DNA from: Myxococcales bacterium
Lineage (GTDB): Bacteria > Myxococcota_A > Polyangia > Polyangiales > DASUME01
DNA: 64,000 bases
Assembly (NCBI GenBank): GCA_047601445.1
Contig: JASGJH010000001.1
Location: forward strand, 1,088,001 to 1,152,000
Reading direction: 5' to 3'
Below are positions 37,580-48,264 of the stretch, piece after piece. Below the pieces are notes generated by a model. The model made no database searches and was not told where the DNA came from. It worked only from the letters and a program-made list of their open reading frames with translations. The position numbers and the translations under genes are program-made. Each line of letters begins with the position of its first letter. Positions within the stretch are counted from its first letter, which is position 1.

Positions 37580-39700
37580 TTACGGGGTCACGATGCCAAA
37601 CCAGAACGACTGGTTCAGGTCCACCAGCATCACGAGCAGCTCGCTGAACTTGCTGGCATCCCCAGTGACCTTGAGCTTGCCCTGAGCGACGGCGTCCTGA
37701 AGCGAAAGCTGCTTGCCCAGGATCTGATTGAGCACGGCGCGGTCCAACGTGATGGTGGCGTCGGCGTCCTTGGCCTGGAAGTCGCTCCAGTGGTTCAACA
37801 CGGAGTGCTCGAGGAACAGGGCGTACTTCTGCTTCACGTCGGGCAGCACGAAGTTGAGCGCGAGCTTCTTGCCGCCGGCTTTCTGCGCGTCCAGCTGAAT
37901 GCCCATGTAGCCGAAGATCAGATCGAGGGGCATGTTGGCCAGGATGTCAGGACTGCTAGTGCTCGGCGTCGCGGCCTTCGCGATCCCCTCGCGCAGCTCC
38001 TTGGCGCCCGACAGGTAGAAGTTCCGCCAGGGTCCGCTTTCGGCCTGGTAGCCCATCTGTTCCAGCAGGTCCGCCAGCACATTCTTCGCGTCTTGGTGCT
38101 CGGGGTGCGCGAACACCAAATGCTTCATGAGCTCGGCGCCCCAGCGGTACTGGCCCTCCGCGAGCGCCTTCTTGCCGAGGATGAGCACCGCGGCAGGCCC
38201 CCCCAGGACGGCCACGTACCGGTGCGCCAACTCGCTGGGCGGAAGCGGGTCGAGGTTCGCTGGATTTCCGTCGAAGTACCCGAGGTAGAAATTGTAGACG
38301 GCCCGCACGTTGTGGCTCTGTGAGCCGTAGTAGCCGTGGGTCGACCACTGCGCGACCAGGTCGTCGGGGAGCGCCACCTTGGGGGCGAGTTCGTTGATGG
38401 TGTAGCCCTGATTGGCGAAGTGCAGGGTCTGGTCGTGCAGGAACTTGTAGATGTCGCGCTGGCCCTTCACGTGCGCCACCACGGCCTGAGTTCCCCGCGT
38501 CGGCCAGTGGTGCATGCCCAGCTCCACCTCCGCCACGTCGCCCCACTTGCGGATCGCGCGATTCAGGTACTCTGGCCACTTGGCGGCGTCGCGTGTCTTG
38601 GCCCCCCGCAACGTGTAGAGATTGTGCATCGTGTGCGTCGAGTCCTCGGCGGTGTTGAGCACCTTGTACTTCGGCAGGTACCACATCATCTCGGACGGGG
38701 CCTCGGAGCCAGGCGCGTTGAGGAACTCGTAGCGGATGCCGTCGATGGTGCGGACCTCCTCGGGTTGCGTGATCAGATCGGTGGGCGCGATCAGCGTCAA
38801 CTGCCCCGACGACGTCGTGATGCCGAGGCCGGCCGTGTTCTGGCCCTGCGCGCTCACCGGCAGAAGGTTCCCGTACATGTAGCTGGCGCGTCGGCCCATC
38901 GCGGTGCCGGCGTAGACGTTCTCGGAGATAGCATTCTCGATGAAGCCAGCGGGCGCGTAGATCTTCACCTTACCGGCCTTCACGTCGGCCTCGTCGACCA
39001 CGCCGCGTACGCCGCCGAAGTGGTCCACGTGCGAGTGGCTGTACACCACGGCCACCACCGGCCTTTTGGGGCGGTGCGCGTAGTAGAGCTCGAGCGCGGC
39101 TTTGGCTGTCTCGGCGGAGATCAGCGGGTCGTAGATGGTGATGCCGCGTGTCCCCTCGACGATGGTCATGTTCGACAGGTCCGCGCCTCGAACCTGGTAG
39201 ACCCCGGCCACGACCTCGAAGAGCCCGTTGAACATCAGGAGCTGCGCCTGCCGCCACAAACTCGGGTTCACCGTCTCCGGCGCCCGCTCACCCTGGCGTA
39301 TGTAGTCCAAGAATGGCTTCAGACTCCACACGACCTTGCCTTCGGCGTCCTTGATCTCTCCCGCGTTGGGAAGGGGTGCGATCAGACCGTGCCTGGCGTC
39401 TTCGAAGTCGCGCGTATCCTTGAACGGATACGCTTCGAGCAAAGCGGCATGCGCGGCTCGGGTCGCCTCGCTGGCGCCTTGAGGCGTGCCCTTCGAGGCG
39501 TCCTCGCTCGCGGTGGCCGGTGCGGACACGGCTGGGGGCGCGTCGGTCGACGAGGTCGCAGCAGGCAGAACCTGAGCCTGAGCCTGGGCCGGGCTAGCGA
39601 CGGGTGTTGGATGCGACGCGCAGGCGGTGACCACGCTCAGCAGGCAAGCCATCCCCGCGACCCGAGGTTCACCGACGCGTCGGTACGTTGTATTGCTCAT
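37580..39700 (-). CDS. alkyl sulfatase (SdsA1/BDS1 type; MBL fold + dimerization + SCP2 domains), probable lipoprotein
   Basis: TVNPSLWRQAQL, YQVRGADLSNMT, HSHVDHFGG, EAPSEM, HNLYTLRGAKTRD, GYYGS, WRNFYL; signal ending VVTAC. Confidence 0.95.
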   Translation of the reverse strand: MSNTTYRRVGEPRVAGMACLLSVVTACASHPTPVASPAQAQAQVLPAATSSTDAPPAVSAPATASEDASKGTPQGASEATRAAHAALLEAYPFKDTRDFEDARHGLIAPLPNAGEIKDAEGKVVWSLKPFLDYIRQGERAPETVNPSLWRQAQLLMFNGLFEVVAGVYQVRGADLSNMTIVEGTRGITIYDPLISAETAKAALELYYAHRPKRPVVAVVYSHSHVDHFGGVRGVVDEADVKAGKVKIYAPAGFIENAISENVYAGTAMGRRASYMYGNLLPVSAQGQNTAGLGITTSSGQLTLIAPTDLITQPEEVRTIDGIRYEFLNAPGSEAPSEMMWYLPKYKVLNTAEDSTHTMHNLYTLRGAKTRDAAKWPEYLNRAIRKWGDVAEVELGMHHWPTRGTQAVVAHVKGQRDIYKFLHDQTLHFANQGYTINELAPKVALPDDLVAQWSTHGYYGSQSHNVRAVYNFYLGYFDGNPANLDPLPPSELAHRYVAVLGGPAAVLILGKKALAEGQYRWGAELMKHLVFAHPEHQDAKNVLADLLEQMGYQAESGPWRNFYLSGAKELREGIAKAATPSTSSPDILANMPLDLIFGYMGIQLDAQKAGGKKLALNFVLPDVKQKYALFLEHSVLNHWSDFQAKDADATITLDRAVLNQILGKQLSLQDAVAQGKLKVTGDASKFSELLVMLVDLNQSFWFGIVTP

Positions 39701-39953
39701 GCTCCGCTCCAGGCGAACGCGGGCACGAGGCCTAAAGCCTCGCCCCCGATCTCGTGACAGGACCGCAATCTGGCTCGCTGCCCGTCTGCTTGCGCACGAC
39801 GTCGCGAGAAGGACGACAGGCCTCGTGGCAAACTAGCTGATGCGATCGGAAGATGCTCGAACAAGCTCGTCGGATTGCGCAGCGATTGAGACGACGCGCA
39901 TTTGAGCGCCGTACAATCTACGGCGACTCGAGGGCCATTCGGGGGAGGACTGC

Positions 39954-40793
39954 GTGAACGTGGAGCACGGCGCCGCGCGCGGGTCATGGCGAAGACACGT
40001 GGGCCGGCTGTGCTGGATGCTCGGCTGCATCACGGCAATGCTGGCGCAACCCGCTCGCTCGGCCGCCCACGACACCAACTCCGATTTCCAGCTTTGGCAT
40101 CAGACCTACGTCGCCATGAAGCTGCCCAAGCGGGTGCTATTGGACGTCGATCTCCAGGTGCGTCGCACCGACCAGCTCCTGGCCGACACCGCTGGCGACT
40201 CCGGCACCAACCAAGGACCTGCGCCGAATACCTGGTTGATCGTCCGTCCCATCGTGGGCTACCAGGCCCTCTCGTGGTTCTCGGTCTGGCTCGGCTATGC
40301 GTTCAACGCTGTGCTCTACAACGAACCGTCCATGCGCAGCACCAAGAACGTCGCGGAGGATCGCATCTTCCAGCAGGCCGTCGTGAGTGTTTCGCGCGGC
40401 GCGTGGACCTTCAAGCTGCGCACCCGACTCGAACAGCGTTATCGCAGTCACGGTCCCGGCTCGCCTGGTCAAAGCGATGGCGAGACCTCCTGGGCCATTC
40501 GGTTTCGTCAGCAGGCGCAGGCAACCTTCACTCTTCGCGAAGGCAAGCCCTGGTTGCTCGCAGCCTGGGACGAGGTCCTCGTCAACTGCAATCGAACCAA
40601 CTACGAGACCGAGCCGGGTTTCAGCCAGAACCGCGCGTTCCTCGGCATTGGATACACTCCCGACGAGACCATCCTCGCCGAGCTTGGCTACCTGAACCAG
40701 TACACGCACAGCTATGGCGGCAGCCCCAACGAGCTCAGTCACGCGCTTCTTACGTCGCTTCAATTCAAGTTCGATCTTGCCGACGGAGTCTGA
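39954..40793 (+). CDS. DUF2490-like outer-membrane beta-barrel protein
   Basis: Signal peptide, alternating beta strands, EDRIFQQ, RTRLEQR, FSQNRAFLGIGY, ELGYLNQY. Confidence 0.8.
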   Translation: MNVEHGAARGSWRRHVGRLCWMLGCITAMLAQPARSAAHDTNSDFQLWHQTYVAMKLPKRVLLDVDLQVRRTDQLLADTAGDSGTNQGPAPNTWLIVRPIVGYQALSWFSVWLGYAFNAVLYNEPSMRSTKNVAEDRIFQQAVVSVSRGAWTFKLRTRLEQRYRSHGPGSPGQSDGETSWAIRFRQQAQATFTLREGKPWLLAAWDEVLVNCNRTNYETEPGFSQNRAFLGIGYTPDETILAELGYLNQYTHSYGGSPNELSHALLTSLQFKFDLADGV

Positions 40794-41129
40794 CGGCCCG
40801 CGACCGCTGCCGGCAGAGCGCGCTCCAGGCAGACCGTGGCGCCCTCGAGTTCGAGAATCTCCTGCGTGAAACTGCCGGCTCTGGCCCAGCGTTACCAGGA
40901 TGCATCCCGACGCTCGTGCGCTTCGACCGCGGCCGGGAGAGTAACCGCGTTTCGGGCGCCATGCGCGCAGAGCAGCTCGCTCAGGAGCTGGCCATCTAAG
41001 CCCGAGTCAGCCCCCGTCGGCGGCCCCAGGCACACGAGCCTGACCGTTCGTTCTCTTCAGCAAGGGTCAATGAACTTCGCGACGAGCTTGTTACTCTGCG
41101 CTGCCCAGCGAGCCACGTAGTCTGACGAC

Positions 41130-41834
41130 ATGCAGATCGGAATCATCGGCGCTGGCGGGATGGGAACGACCCTGGCGCGTCACCTGGCGCGGCTCGAACA
41201 TGATGTCTTGTTGGCGAACTCGCGCGGGCCGCGCAGCCTTGCTGCCGTGGCGACCGCGCTGGGGGCCAGGGCGGCTTCGGTCGCCGACGCCGTCAACGTC
41301 CGGGACTTGGTCCTGCTCGCGATCCCGACGAAGGCGGTGGCGGAGCTTCCGCGCGGACTCTTCAAGGCCATTCCTGAGAGTGCCGTGGTCGTCGATCTCG
41401 GCAACTATCATCCGCAGCTCCGTGATGGGCGCATCGATGCCATCGAGCACGGAATGTTGGACAGCGAATGGGTCGCACAACAGATCGGGCAGCCCGTGGT
41501 CAAAGCCTTCAACAATATCTTGGCCAAGAGCTTGCTGGAGAGGGGCGTCCCCCAGGGAAGCCCGGGCCGGATTGCGCTTCCGGTCGCGGGCGACTCGTGG
41601 GCAGCGAGGGGAACGGTACTCGGCCTGGTCAACGAACTCGGATTCGATGCCATCGATGGCGGGGCCCTGGGTGATTCATGGCGGCAAGGGACGGGGACAC
41701 CGGCCTATTGCAAGGACCTCGGCTCCGAGGAGCTTCGCCGTGCGCTTGCCGAAGCTGAGCGGACGCGGGTGGCCGAGTATCGTTCCTGCGAAGAGGACCG
41801 GATTCGGCGGGCGTTGCGCGCCCAGACCGCCTGA
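41130..41834 (+). CDS. NADPH-dependent F420 reductase-family oxidoreductase
   Basis: IGIIGAGGMG, ANSRGP, NYHPQLRDG, VVKAFNNI, GFDAIDGG, SWRQGTGTPAY. Confidence 0.9.
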   Translation: MQIGIIGAGGMGTTLARHLARLEHDVLLANSRGPRSLAAVATALGARAASVADAVNVRDLVLLAIPTKAVAELPRGLFKAIPESAVVVDLGNYHPQLRDGRIDAIEHGMLDSEWVAQQIGQPVVKAFNNILAKSLLERGVPQGSPGRIALPVAGDSWAARGTVLGLVNELGFDAIDGGALGDSWRQGTGTPAYCKDLGSEELRRALAEAERTRVAEYRSCEEDRIRRALRAQTA

Positions 41835-41950
41835 GGGACAGGGCGACGCAGGGGGCTAGGTTTCGTGGGCGTAAAAAGCGCAGCCACGACGTTCGAACAG
41901 CCGATGCAGGAGCCGCCTAACTCACCGGCGTCCCGTATGCTCTCGACATC

Positions 41951-42238
41951 GTGGACACCTCGCTCGAACGCCCGCGCCTACGCACCGAGCGAGCCTTCCC
42001 GCTCCAAGCGCTCCGCATCGCCAGTTCGCGCGAGGTGGTGCAGCCGGCGCTGCGCACGGCTCTTTTCGTGGGGACCTTGCTCAATCTCATCAACCAGGGA
42101 GATGCGCTGATCGGTCCAGCGCAGCTCGCCATCGGCAAGCTGCTGTTCACGTACTGCGTGCCGTACTGTGTCTCCAGCTATACCGCGACGCGCCTCCTGC
42201 TGCGCGCTGCGGCCGCTAGGGCGACCGGCCAGCGCTGA
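41951..42238 (+). CDS. NrtS-like small membrane protein
   Basis: ALFVGTLLNLINQG and FTYCVPYCVSSY, characteristic of the NrtS family. Confidence 0.75.
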   Translation: MDTSLERPRLRTERAFPLQALRIASSREVVQPALRTALFVGTLLNLINQGDALIGPAQLAIGKLLFTYCVPYCVSSYTATRLLLRAAAARATGQR

Positions 42239-42285
42239 CCCGCAGCGGAGCCGCACGACTTGCGGACGGGACAGCAACCCGTCCA

Positions 42286-43179
42286 TCAGTCTCGTGCCAG
42301 CTGGGCCAGGCGGCTTCTCAGGAACGCGGCCAGGCAATCGACGCGGCGCACTCCCTGGGTGCTAGCATGCCGAACCAACCACACATCCAGCGGCGCCGTG
42401 GCGCGGTCGGGCAAGACGCGCACGAGCCCGGACGTGGTGGTGACCAGCACGCCAATCCCCAGGTGGAGGGCCACGGACTGACGCACGAGCGGCGTACTGT
42501 TGACCCGCACCGCGAAGCGCTCCACCGCCAAGTCCGCAAGGAAGCGCGCGGGGAGCATGTCTACGAGGCTGCCAGCGAACCCGACGAAGTCGTGGGCATC
42601 CAGGTCGCCGACGTTCCTGGGCAGACCGCGGCGCTTCACGTAGTCGGCCGAGGCGAACAAGCCGAAGCGCAGCGAACCGAGCTTGCTCACACGCAGACCG
42701 CGCTCTCGAGGCCGGGGCACGCGAATGGCCAGATCGGCCTCACCGCGCGAAAGGTCGTAGATGCGCGTGTCGATCGCGAGTTCCAAGTCGATTTGGGGGT
42801 ACAGCGCTCTGAACTCGGCCACCACGGGCACCAGGGCATCCCCGAAGCCTTCACCTGCGGTGAGTCGGACCCGGCCGCTCAGCCGGCTGTCCAGGTTGGC
42901 CACACCGTGTTCGGCCCGCTGCATCATCGCTTCCATGGAGCTGGCTGCGCCGGCGAGCAGGCGACCCGAGGAGGTCAAGACGACCCCGTGCGGTCTGCGC
43001 TCCACCAAGCGCACGCCAAGACGTCGCTCCAGTGCAGCGACGCGTCGGGACACCGTGCTGGTGGCGATCCCGAGCGACTGAGCGGCGGACTGGAAGGACC
43101 GGGTGCGCGCGGTCGCCTCCAGGATCCGATAGTCATCCCAGCTGACGTGCCCGGCGTTGCTCGTGTTGGCGCTTTGCAT
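42286..43179 (-). CDS. LysR family regulator
   Basis: SWDDYR...SFQSAAQSLGIATSTVSRRVAALE...LVER, GRVRLTA, DLSRGEADLAIR. Start uncertain. Confidence 0.93.
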   Translation of the reverse strand: MQSANTSNAGHVSWDDYRILEATARTRSFQSAAQSLGIATSTVSRRVAALERRLGVRLVERRPHGVVLTSSGRLLAGAASSMEAMMQRAEHGVANLDSRLSGRVRLTAGEGFGDALVPVVAEFRALYPQIDLELAIDTRIYDLSRGEADLAIRVPRPRERGLRVSKLGSLRFGLFASADYVKRRGLPRNVGDLDAHDFVGFAGSLVDMLPARFLADLAVERFAVRVNSTPLVRQSVALHLGIGVLVTTTSGLVRVLPDRATAPLDVWLVRHASTQGVRRVDCLAAFLRSRLAQLARD

Positions 43180-43191
43180 GGATGCAAAGCG
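43170..43191. promoter_or_regulatory. inverted repeat, probable LysR box
   Basis: CGCTTTGCAT-GG-ATGCAAAGCG (perfect 10-bp arms) overlapping the LysR start, upstream of the divergent gene. Confidence 0.7.
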
Positions 43192-43237
43192 GTTTAGCAC
43201 GCCGCCCTCCGGCGCCGCCGAGCGCCAAGCTCAATCC

Positions 43238-44200
43238 ATGAACCTGACCACCCCCTCTGCATTCGTCACGGGAGCGACTGGCTTCGTGGGGCAGCACCTC
43301 GTGCGCCTCTTGTTGAACGCGGGCTGGCGCGTCACGGTCCTGGCGCGCTCGCCAGAGCGGGTGCGCGCGCCGGGCCACGTGGAGATCGCGCAAGGAGACC
43401 TGAGAGACGCGCGCAGCGTCATGGCGGCCATGCCTACCGACCTGGACGCGGTCTTCCACGTGGCGGCCAACATCAATTTCAGCGCAACCCACGAGCAGTG
43501 GCTCGACAACGTGGTGGGCACCGAGCACATGCTGGAGGCGGCCCTAGCGCGCCGAGCCAAGCGCTTCGTGTTCACCTCCACCTCGGCGGTCTGGGGGCTC
43601 GATCACGAGCACTTCGACGAGACGAGCGAGCGGCGCGGGCAGCAGACCGGGATCGCCTACATCGCGAGCAAGTTGGCTGCAGAGGAGCGTGTGCAGCAGG
43701 CGGTTTGCCGCGGCCTTCATGCCGTCATCCTCAACCCCGGTCACGTGGTGGGCCGCTCGGCCGGACAAGGCTGGCAGCGGCTGTTCGTGCAACTCCAAGC
43801 CCGCAAGATGCCCTTCGCGCCGCCGGGCGTGGCCTCATGGTGCGCCGTGGACGCATTGGCGCGAGCACACCTGGCCGCAGCCCTGCGCGGAGAGAGCGGT
43901 ACCAACTACTTGATTGGCGGCTGCGACGCGAGCTACCTGGAGTTTACCCGTGAGGCCGCCGCGGCCCTGGCGGTATCGGAGCCGAGCGCTGCGCCGGCCT
44001 GGTTGGTCCGCAGCTCGGCGCGACTCGAGCAATGGCGCTTCCGGATGGGCGGCCCGACGCCGGAGGTGGGGCCAGACCTTGCGCAAATCCTGTGCGGGCG
44101 CCTGCTGTTCTCCTCCGCCAAGGCGGAGCGCGAACTCGGCCACCTCAGGTGCGACCTGGGGGGTCTCATTCGGTCGGCGCTGCCGGTCGAGCTGACCTGA
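43238..44200 (+). CDS. NAD-dependent epimerase/dehydratase (extended SDR, dihydroflavonol-reductase-like)
   Basis: FVTGATGFVG, VFHVAA, NVVGT, FTST, YIASK. Confidence 0.92.
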   Translation: MNLTTPSAFVTGATGFVGQHLVRLLLNAGWRVTVLARSPERVRAPGHVEIAQGDLRDARSVMAAMPTDLDAVFHVAANINFSATHEQWLDNVVGTEHMLEAALARRAKRFVFTSTSAVWGLDHEHFDETSERRGQQTGIAYIASKLAAEERVQQAVCRGLHAVILNPGHVVGRSAGQGWQRLFVQLQARKMPFAPPGVASWCAVDALARAHLAAALRGESGTNYLIGGCDASYLEFTREAAAALAVSEPSAAPAWLVRSSARLEQWRFRMGGPTPEVGPDLAQILCGRLLFSSAKAERELGHLRCDLGGLIRSALPVELT

Positions 44201-44270
44201 CGTGCTCGTCACTCATGGCGCCCTGGGCGGCGTCTCGAGCACAACTACTCTAGCCAGCTAGACTATCTGC

Positions 44271-45221
44271 GTGATGCGACTGGCCGACGTCGAAGCCGAG
44301 CTCCTGAGGCACGCTCAAGCAGAGAAGCGGCGCTGGCAGCACATCGCCAAGTTGCTGATGGACGTGGAGCAGGAGCGGCTCTGGGAGGGACACGCAGCGT
44401 CGTTCACGGCGTGGATCCAGGGCATGGCCAGGCGCAGCGATCTGCAGGAATCCATGTTTTGGCGCTGCCTCAAGGCCGGCCGTCTCTATCTCGAGCTCAC
44501 GGGCAGCGACGCCCTCGACGCGAGCGAAGCGTTGTCGGCCGAATCGCTCGAGCTCGCCGACAAGATTCGTCGGCACGCGCCCAAAGCAGTTACGGACCAG
44601 GTCCTGGCGCGGACCCTCGAGGGGGAGCTCAGTCGGACCGAGCTGCGTGACGTCTGGGCGACCTATAAGCCCGCCGCTGGCGGTGCCACCGCACGGGGCA
44701 GGCTTCCAACGGATCCGGAGGAGCGCGACGAGGCCCTAGCGGCCCGCCAAGCGACCTGGCAAGCGCGCAAGCGCCAGCCAGAGAACCGCTCCGAGGTGCG
44801 TCGCGGAGAGATGCTGGCGAGCTTCCGTGAGGGGACCTGGCTCGGCCCCTTCGACCAGGCCCGGGCGGAGACCCGTCTGAGCAGCGCGGGCGGCCGCCAG
44901 GCGGCCGTGCTCACCGTACGTCGCGATGCGCGCGACCCAGAACGCATCGAGATCCACGGCCTATGGACTTGCGTGGTCGAGCCCGAGCTCGCCGACTTCG
45001 AGTTCAAGGCCAGGGCTGGCACGGATTTCATGTGGCTGGCCGTGACCCCCGAGATCAGCCGACGTGCGCTCGCCAAGGCTCCGCACATGGTCGGCATCCT
45101 GGAGCTCATGCCCAACCGGACCCTGCGCGTGGGCCGCGAGGCCCAGCGGCGGCCCGTGAACGCCCAAGCGCGGCTCGAGCTCCTGGGCGAACTCTTGCAG
45201 CGGGCCTATCTGTGGCCGTGA
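44271..45221 (+). CDS. hypothetical protein: helical N-terminal domain plus degenerate PD-(D/E)XK/MmcB-like C-terminal domain
   Basis: N-terminus RLWEGHAASFTAWI...ESMFWRCLKAGRLY; C-terminus DFMWLAVTP...VGILEL...REAQRRP resembles the tail of MmcB-like nucleases. Confidence 0.6.
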   Translation: MMRLADVEAELLRHAQAEKRRWQHIAKLLMDVEQERLWEGHAASFTAWIQGMARRSDLQESMFWRCLKAGRLYLELTGSDALDASEALSAESLELADKIRRHAPKAVTDQVLARTLEGELSRTELRDVWATYKPAAGGATARGRLPTDPEERDEALAARQATWQARKRQPENRSEVRRGEMLASFREGTWLGPFDQARAETRLSSAGGRQAAVLTVRRDARDPERIEIHGLWTCVVEPELADFEFKARAGTDFMWLAVTPEISRRALAKAPHMVGILELMPNRTLRVGREAQRRPVNAQARLELLGELLQRAYLWP

Positions 45222-45257
45222 AGCGGCGCGGGTCAGGTATCGAGCGGAGGGCCGGAC

Positions 45258-46427
45258 TCACGAGCCTCGCGGCTCCACCAGCGGTGTGCCCATCAGCGAG
45301 CGCAGCGCGAGTCGCCCCGCGAACTGGGTAACAAGCGCGATCCCGGGCAGGCTGGCTGCTCGGCTGTAGGCGCGGAGCACCCGAACGAGCGACCGCAGCC
45401 TGTCCTCGGAGCTGGCAGGAATGGCGAGCGCGTCGGCCCATGATTCTCCTAGCATCCGGCGCATCATGGCGACCTGCATGGTCGGCGGGATGCCACGCGT
45501 CTGAGGCGCACTGCGCAAGCCTGCGATGACCTCGGCCACCAGCGCACGTGAGCGATCGTCGGGCGCGAAAGCAAAGGGCAACACCGCCTCGTCGAAGGCG
45601 TCCTGGTCTTCTTGAGTCTGCCCGAGCAACTGAGGAGGCACGCCCAGCAGGTAGGTGACGTAGCGCCACGCCATCCGATGGCCGAGCGCTTCGTCTTCTT
45701 CGACGACCGCCCCGAGCCCAGCCATGCCTGCAAGCAGTCGCGTCCCGAAGAATGCCGGGCCCGTCGCGGTCTGGAGCGCGCTAATGGGGACGCCGCGCAG
45801 GCGCGCGTCCCAGTCGGGCCGTCGCCGCAGGTGGTGACGCACGGCGGCATGGATCAGCCGTACGCGTAGGCACACTTGCCACATGCGCGCGTCGGGACGC
45901 AGCGCGTCGGTGTCCGTCACGCCAAAGAACAGCAGGGCAGACTCCTGGAGCCGACGGGGAACGCTGGCCGCGAAATGTCCGGTGCCACCGAACACCGCCG
46001 CGGAGTCGGGATGCACGAACACCAGCGGCAACGCCCCATAGGACAGCGCCAAGATCATCATGGGGAAGTTACGCTGCGCCATCGCGCCGCCGCGCCGCAT
46101 CAGCGCGAAGTCGACCCATTCGGGTACGCTTCGCATCTGACCCAGCAGCGCCGAGGCGGCGGAGCCCTCGTCGTCGGCTTGCTCGAGCAGCGCCGGATAC
46201 GCGTCCTTCAGCGCGATGCGCCGCGCGCGCAGCTCTGCGAAGAAGGCGTCTGCCTGTGGGTCGCCCGCGTGCCGAAAGTGCTCCACGGCGGCGAGGAAGG
46301 CCTCGGGGTCACGCTCCAGGCACTCTCGTTGAAACCACGCGGGCGGCGCAACGGTGGGCGTCGGGTCAGGTTCGACTTCGCGCAGGTCATTCCGTGGATG
46401 GGTGCGCTCCACGATGTCCATCGACAT
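45258..46427 (-). CDS. oxygenase MpaB/DUF2236 (Lcp rubber-oxygenase-like) family protein
   Basis: GDPQAD, PEWVDF..MRRG, RRLQES, VRLIHAAVR (heme His), GVPIS, WRYVTYLLGV. Confidence 0.88.
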   Translation of the reverse strand: MSMDIVERTHPRNDLREVEPDPTPTVAPPAWFQRECLERDPEAFLAAVEHFRHAGDPQADAFFAELRARRIALKDAYPALLEQADDEGSAASALLGQMRSVPEWVDFALMRRGGAMAQRNFPMMILALSYGALPLVFVHPDSAAVFGGTGHFAASVPRRLQESALLFFGVTDTDALRPDARMWQVCLRVRLIHAAVRHHLRRRPDWDARLRGVPISALQTATGPAFFGTRLLAGMAGLGAVVEEDEALGHRMAWRYVTYLLGVPPQLLGQTQEDQDAFDEAVLPFAFAPDDRSRALVAEVIAGLRSAPQTRGIPPTMQVAMMRRMLGESWADALAIPASSEDRLRSLVRVLRAYSRAASLPGIALVTQFAGRLALRSLMGTPLVEPRGS

Positions 46428-46484
46428 ACGGAATCCGTCAAGGCTTGGTGTTGGAAGGGGGGCGGTGGCAGGCGCGCTCGCGCC

Positions 46485-48027
46485 CTAGTGCAGCTGCGCG
46501 CGGTACGCGCCCAGGTCCTGTGCGAGGCCGCGCCTCAAGTCCGCCATGAAGGCGCGCATATCCGCTTCCGCCTTCGGTGTTGCGACAAGCTTGTGGTTGA
46601 CGGTGGCCATCGCCATCTTCACGAGCCGATTGTCGGCGGCCTCGATCTCGCCCTTGATCTCGAGCACGCCGTCGCCGCCGCGGGCTTGCGCTCCGAGCTT
46701 GGCGTCGAGCGCGATTCCCCGCCCCGCATTGCCTTCGAGGGCCACGCGGAAGAACTCGAGCGTGACGCTGCGGACGTCGCCGGGGATGAAGACGTCAACC
46801 AGGCCCAGCGGCATGAAGCCGAAGGCTGCCCCCGTGACGTCGAGGGACTTGGGCATCTGCGTCGCCCGCAGGTGAAGCTCCGCGTGTGCCTCGCGGGGCT
46901 CGAACTTTAGATCGATGGAGAATCCCGCAAAGGTCATGCTGAAGCCCATCAGGTCCACCGTGCCGTCGATGATCAAGCGGCCGGTATGCGGCGTCGTTTG
47001 TGTGAGCCGCGAGGGCTCCGCGTCCTGCGCGACCTTGCCGTCCACGGAGGGCCAGAGCGCGCCCTCCTTCAGGAAGCAGTCCACGTCGATGGCCAGCGTT
47101 TCGCTGTCGATGCGTGCCTTGAGCAACGTTCGCCCACGCGCGTCGAGCCAGGTGAAGGACATGCGGCCAACCTTGTCGAGCTTGTGCATGTAACGGGCGA
47201 ACTCAGGGTGGGTCCGCGCGAAGCGGTCCATCACGCCGCGCAGGCGGAGCTGGATGTGCTGGATGTCGTTTCCCGTGTCCCATGAGCGCACGTCGTCGAT
47301 GCGCCCCATCTGAGACAGCATCTGACTCATGTGCGGATAGGCGCGGAACAACGGTGCCATGACGGCCAGGTCCTCGGACTTCAGTGCTGGGTGCAGCCTG
47401 CGTAGCTCTTCGGGGATGGGGTCTCCGGACGGCGCGTCGTTCCGTGGTGGCAAGCTACGCGTGAGGAACGTGGAAAGGCCTGCGCTGATGTCGCCGAAGT
47501 CCACCGGGCCGATGCCGAGCCCGAGCTCCGTGGCGAGGAGATAGCCGTGCGCTTCGTCTTTGGGTGGGCTGGCGCGCACCACCTGCGAGGCATCTCCAAG
47601 TGCGCGGCGAGGTCCAGCGAGGCTCACGCCAAAGGCTTCTCCGGCCCGCACGCGCCGAACCACGAAGGCCGAACCCGTGAGCTCTCCGCGTAGTGCCAGT
47701 TCGTGCTGTTCGTGGCCCGCCTCGGGAAGGAGCCGATAGAACCGCGACAGGTCGAAGTCCCGCAGGGCCGCCACGCCGCGATCCAGAATCAGCTGGACCT
47801 CCTGCTCCACCTCACGGTGCTCGAGCACGAGCTCGGCCGCTCGCAGCATGCGCTCCATATGGCTCACGGCGAGTCGCGGGTCGCCGCGCCCAAACAGCTG
47901 AATCCATGGCTCCCAGGTCGCATCCAGGGAGGTGCCGGCGAGCGACGCCTGCGAAGTCGCGGCCGACAGGGCGATCACAACGAGAACGAGGAGGGGATCC
48001 TGGACGAGTTAGTCTAAGGAAATGCAT
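46485..48027 (-). CDS. secreted hypothetical protein; apparent +1 indel in the signal-peptide region (G4 at 47993-47996)
   Basis: 497-aa ORF from GTG 47978. ATG 48027 has a GGGAG RBS, and removing one base from the run gives MHFLRLTRPGSLLVLVVIALSAATSQA, a complete Sec signal. Confidence 0.65.
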
Positions 48028-48264
48028 GCAAACTCCCTGGGTTAAACGCCGATCCGGCGAGCGGAGCTGGCGCGCCAGAAACTGCGATAGGAAAGCGTGA
48101 GAAGCCCCGGCGAGACGGGGGCAAAGAGCCGCACGGTGGCGCTAAGCCGGAGCAGGCTGGCGCGCGCTCCAGCCCGCTGGGAGCTGCGGGGAGCGCCGCC
48201 ATTCTCGACGGGAAAAGCCAGTCAAGGTAGGCTGCGCCGTGCTCGACGCGAGTCGGTTTCCCGC

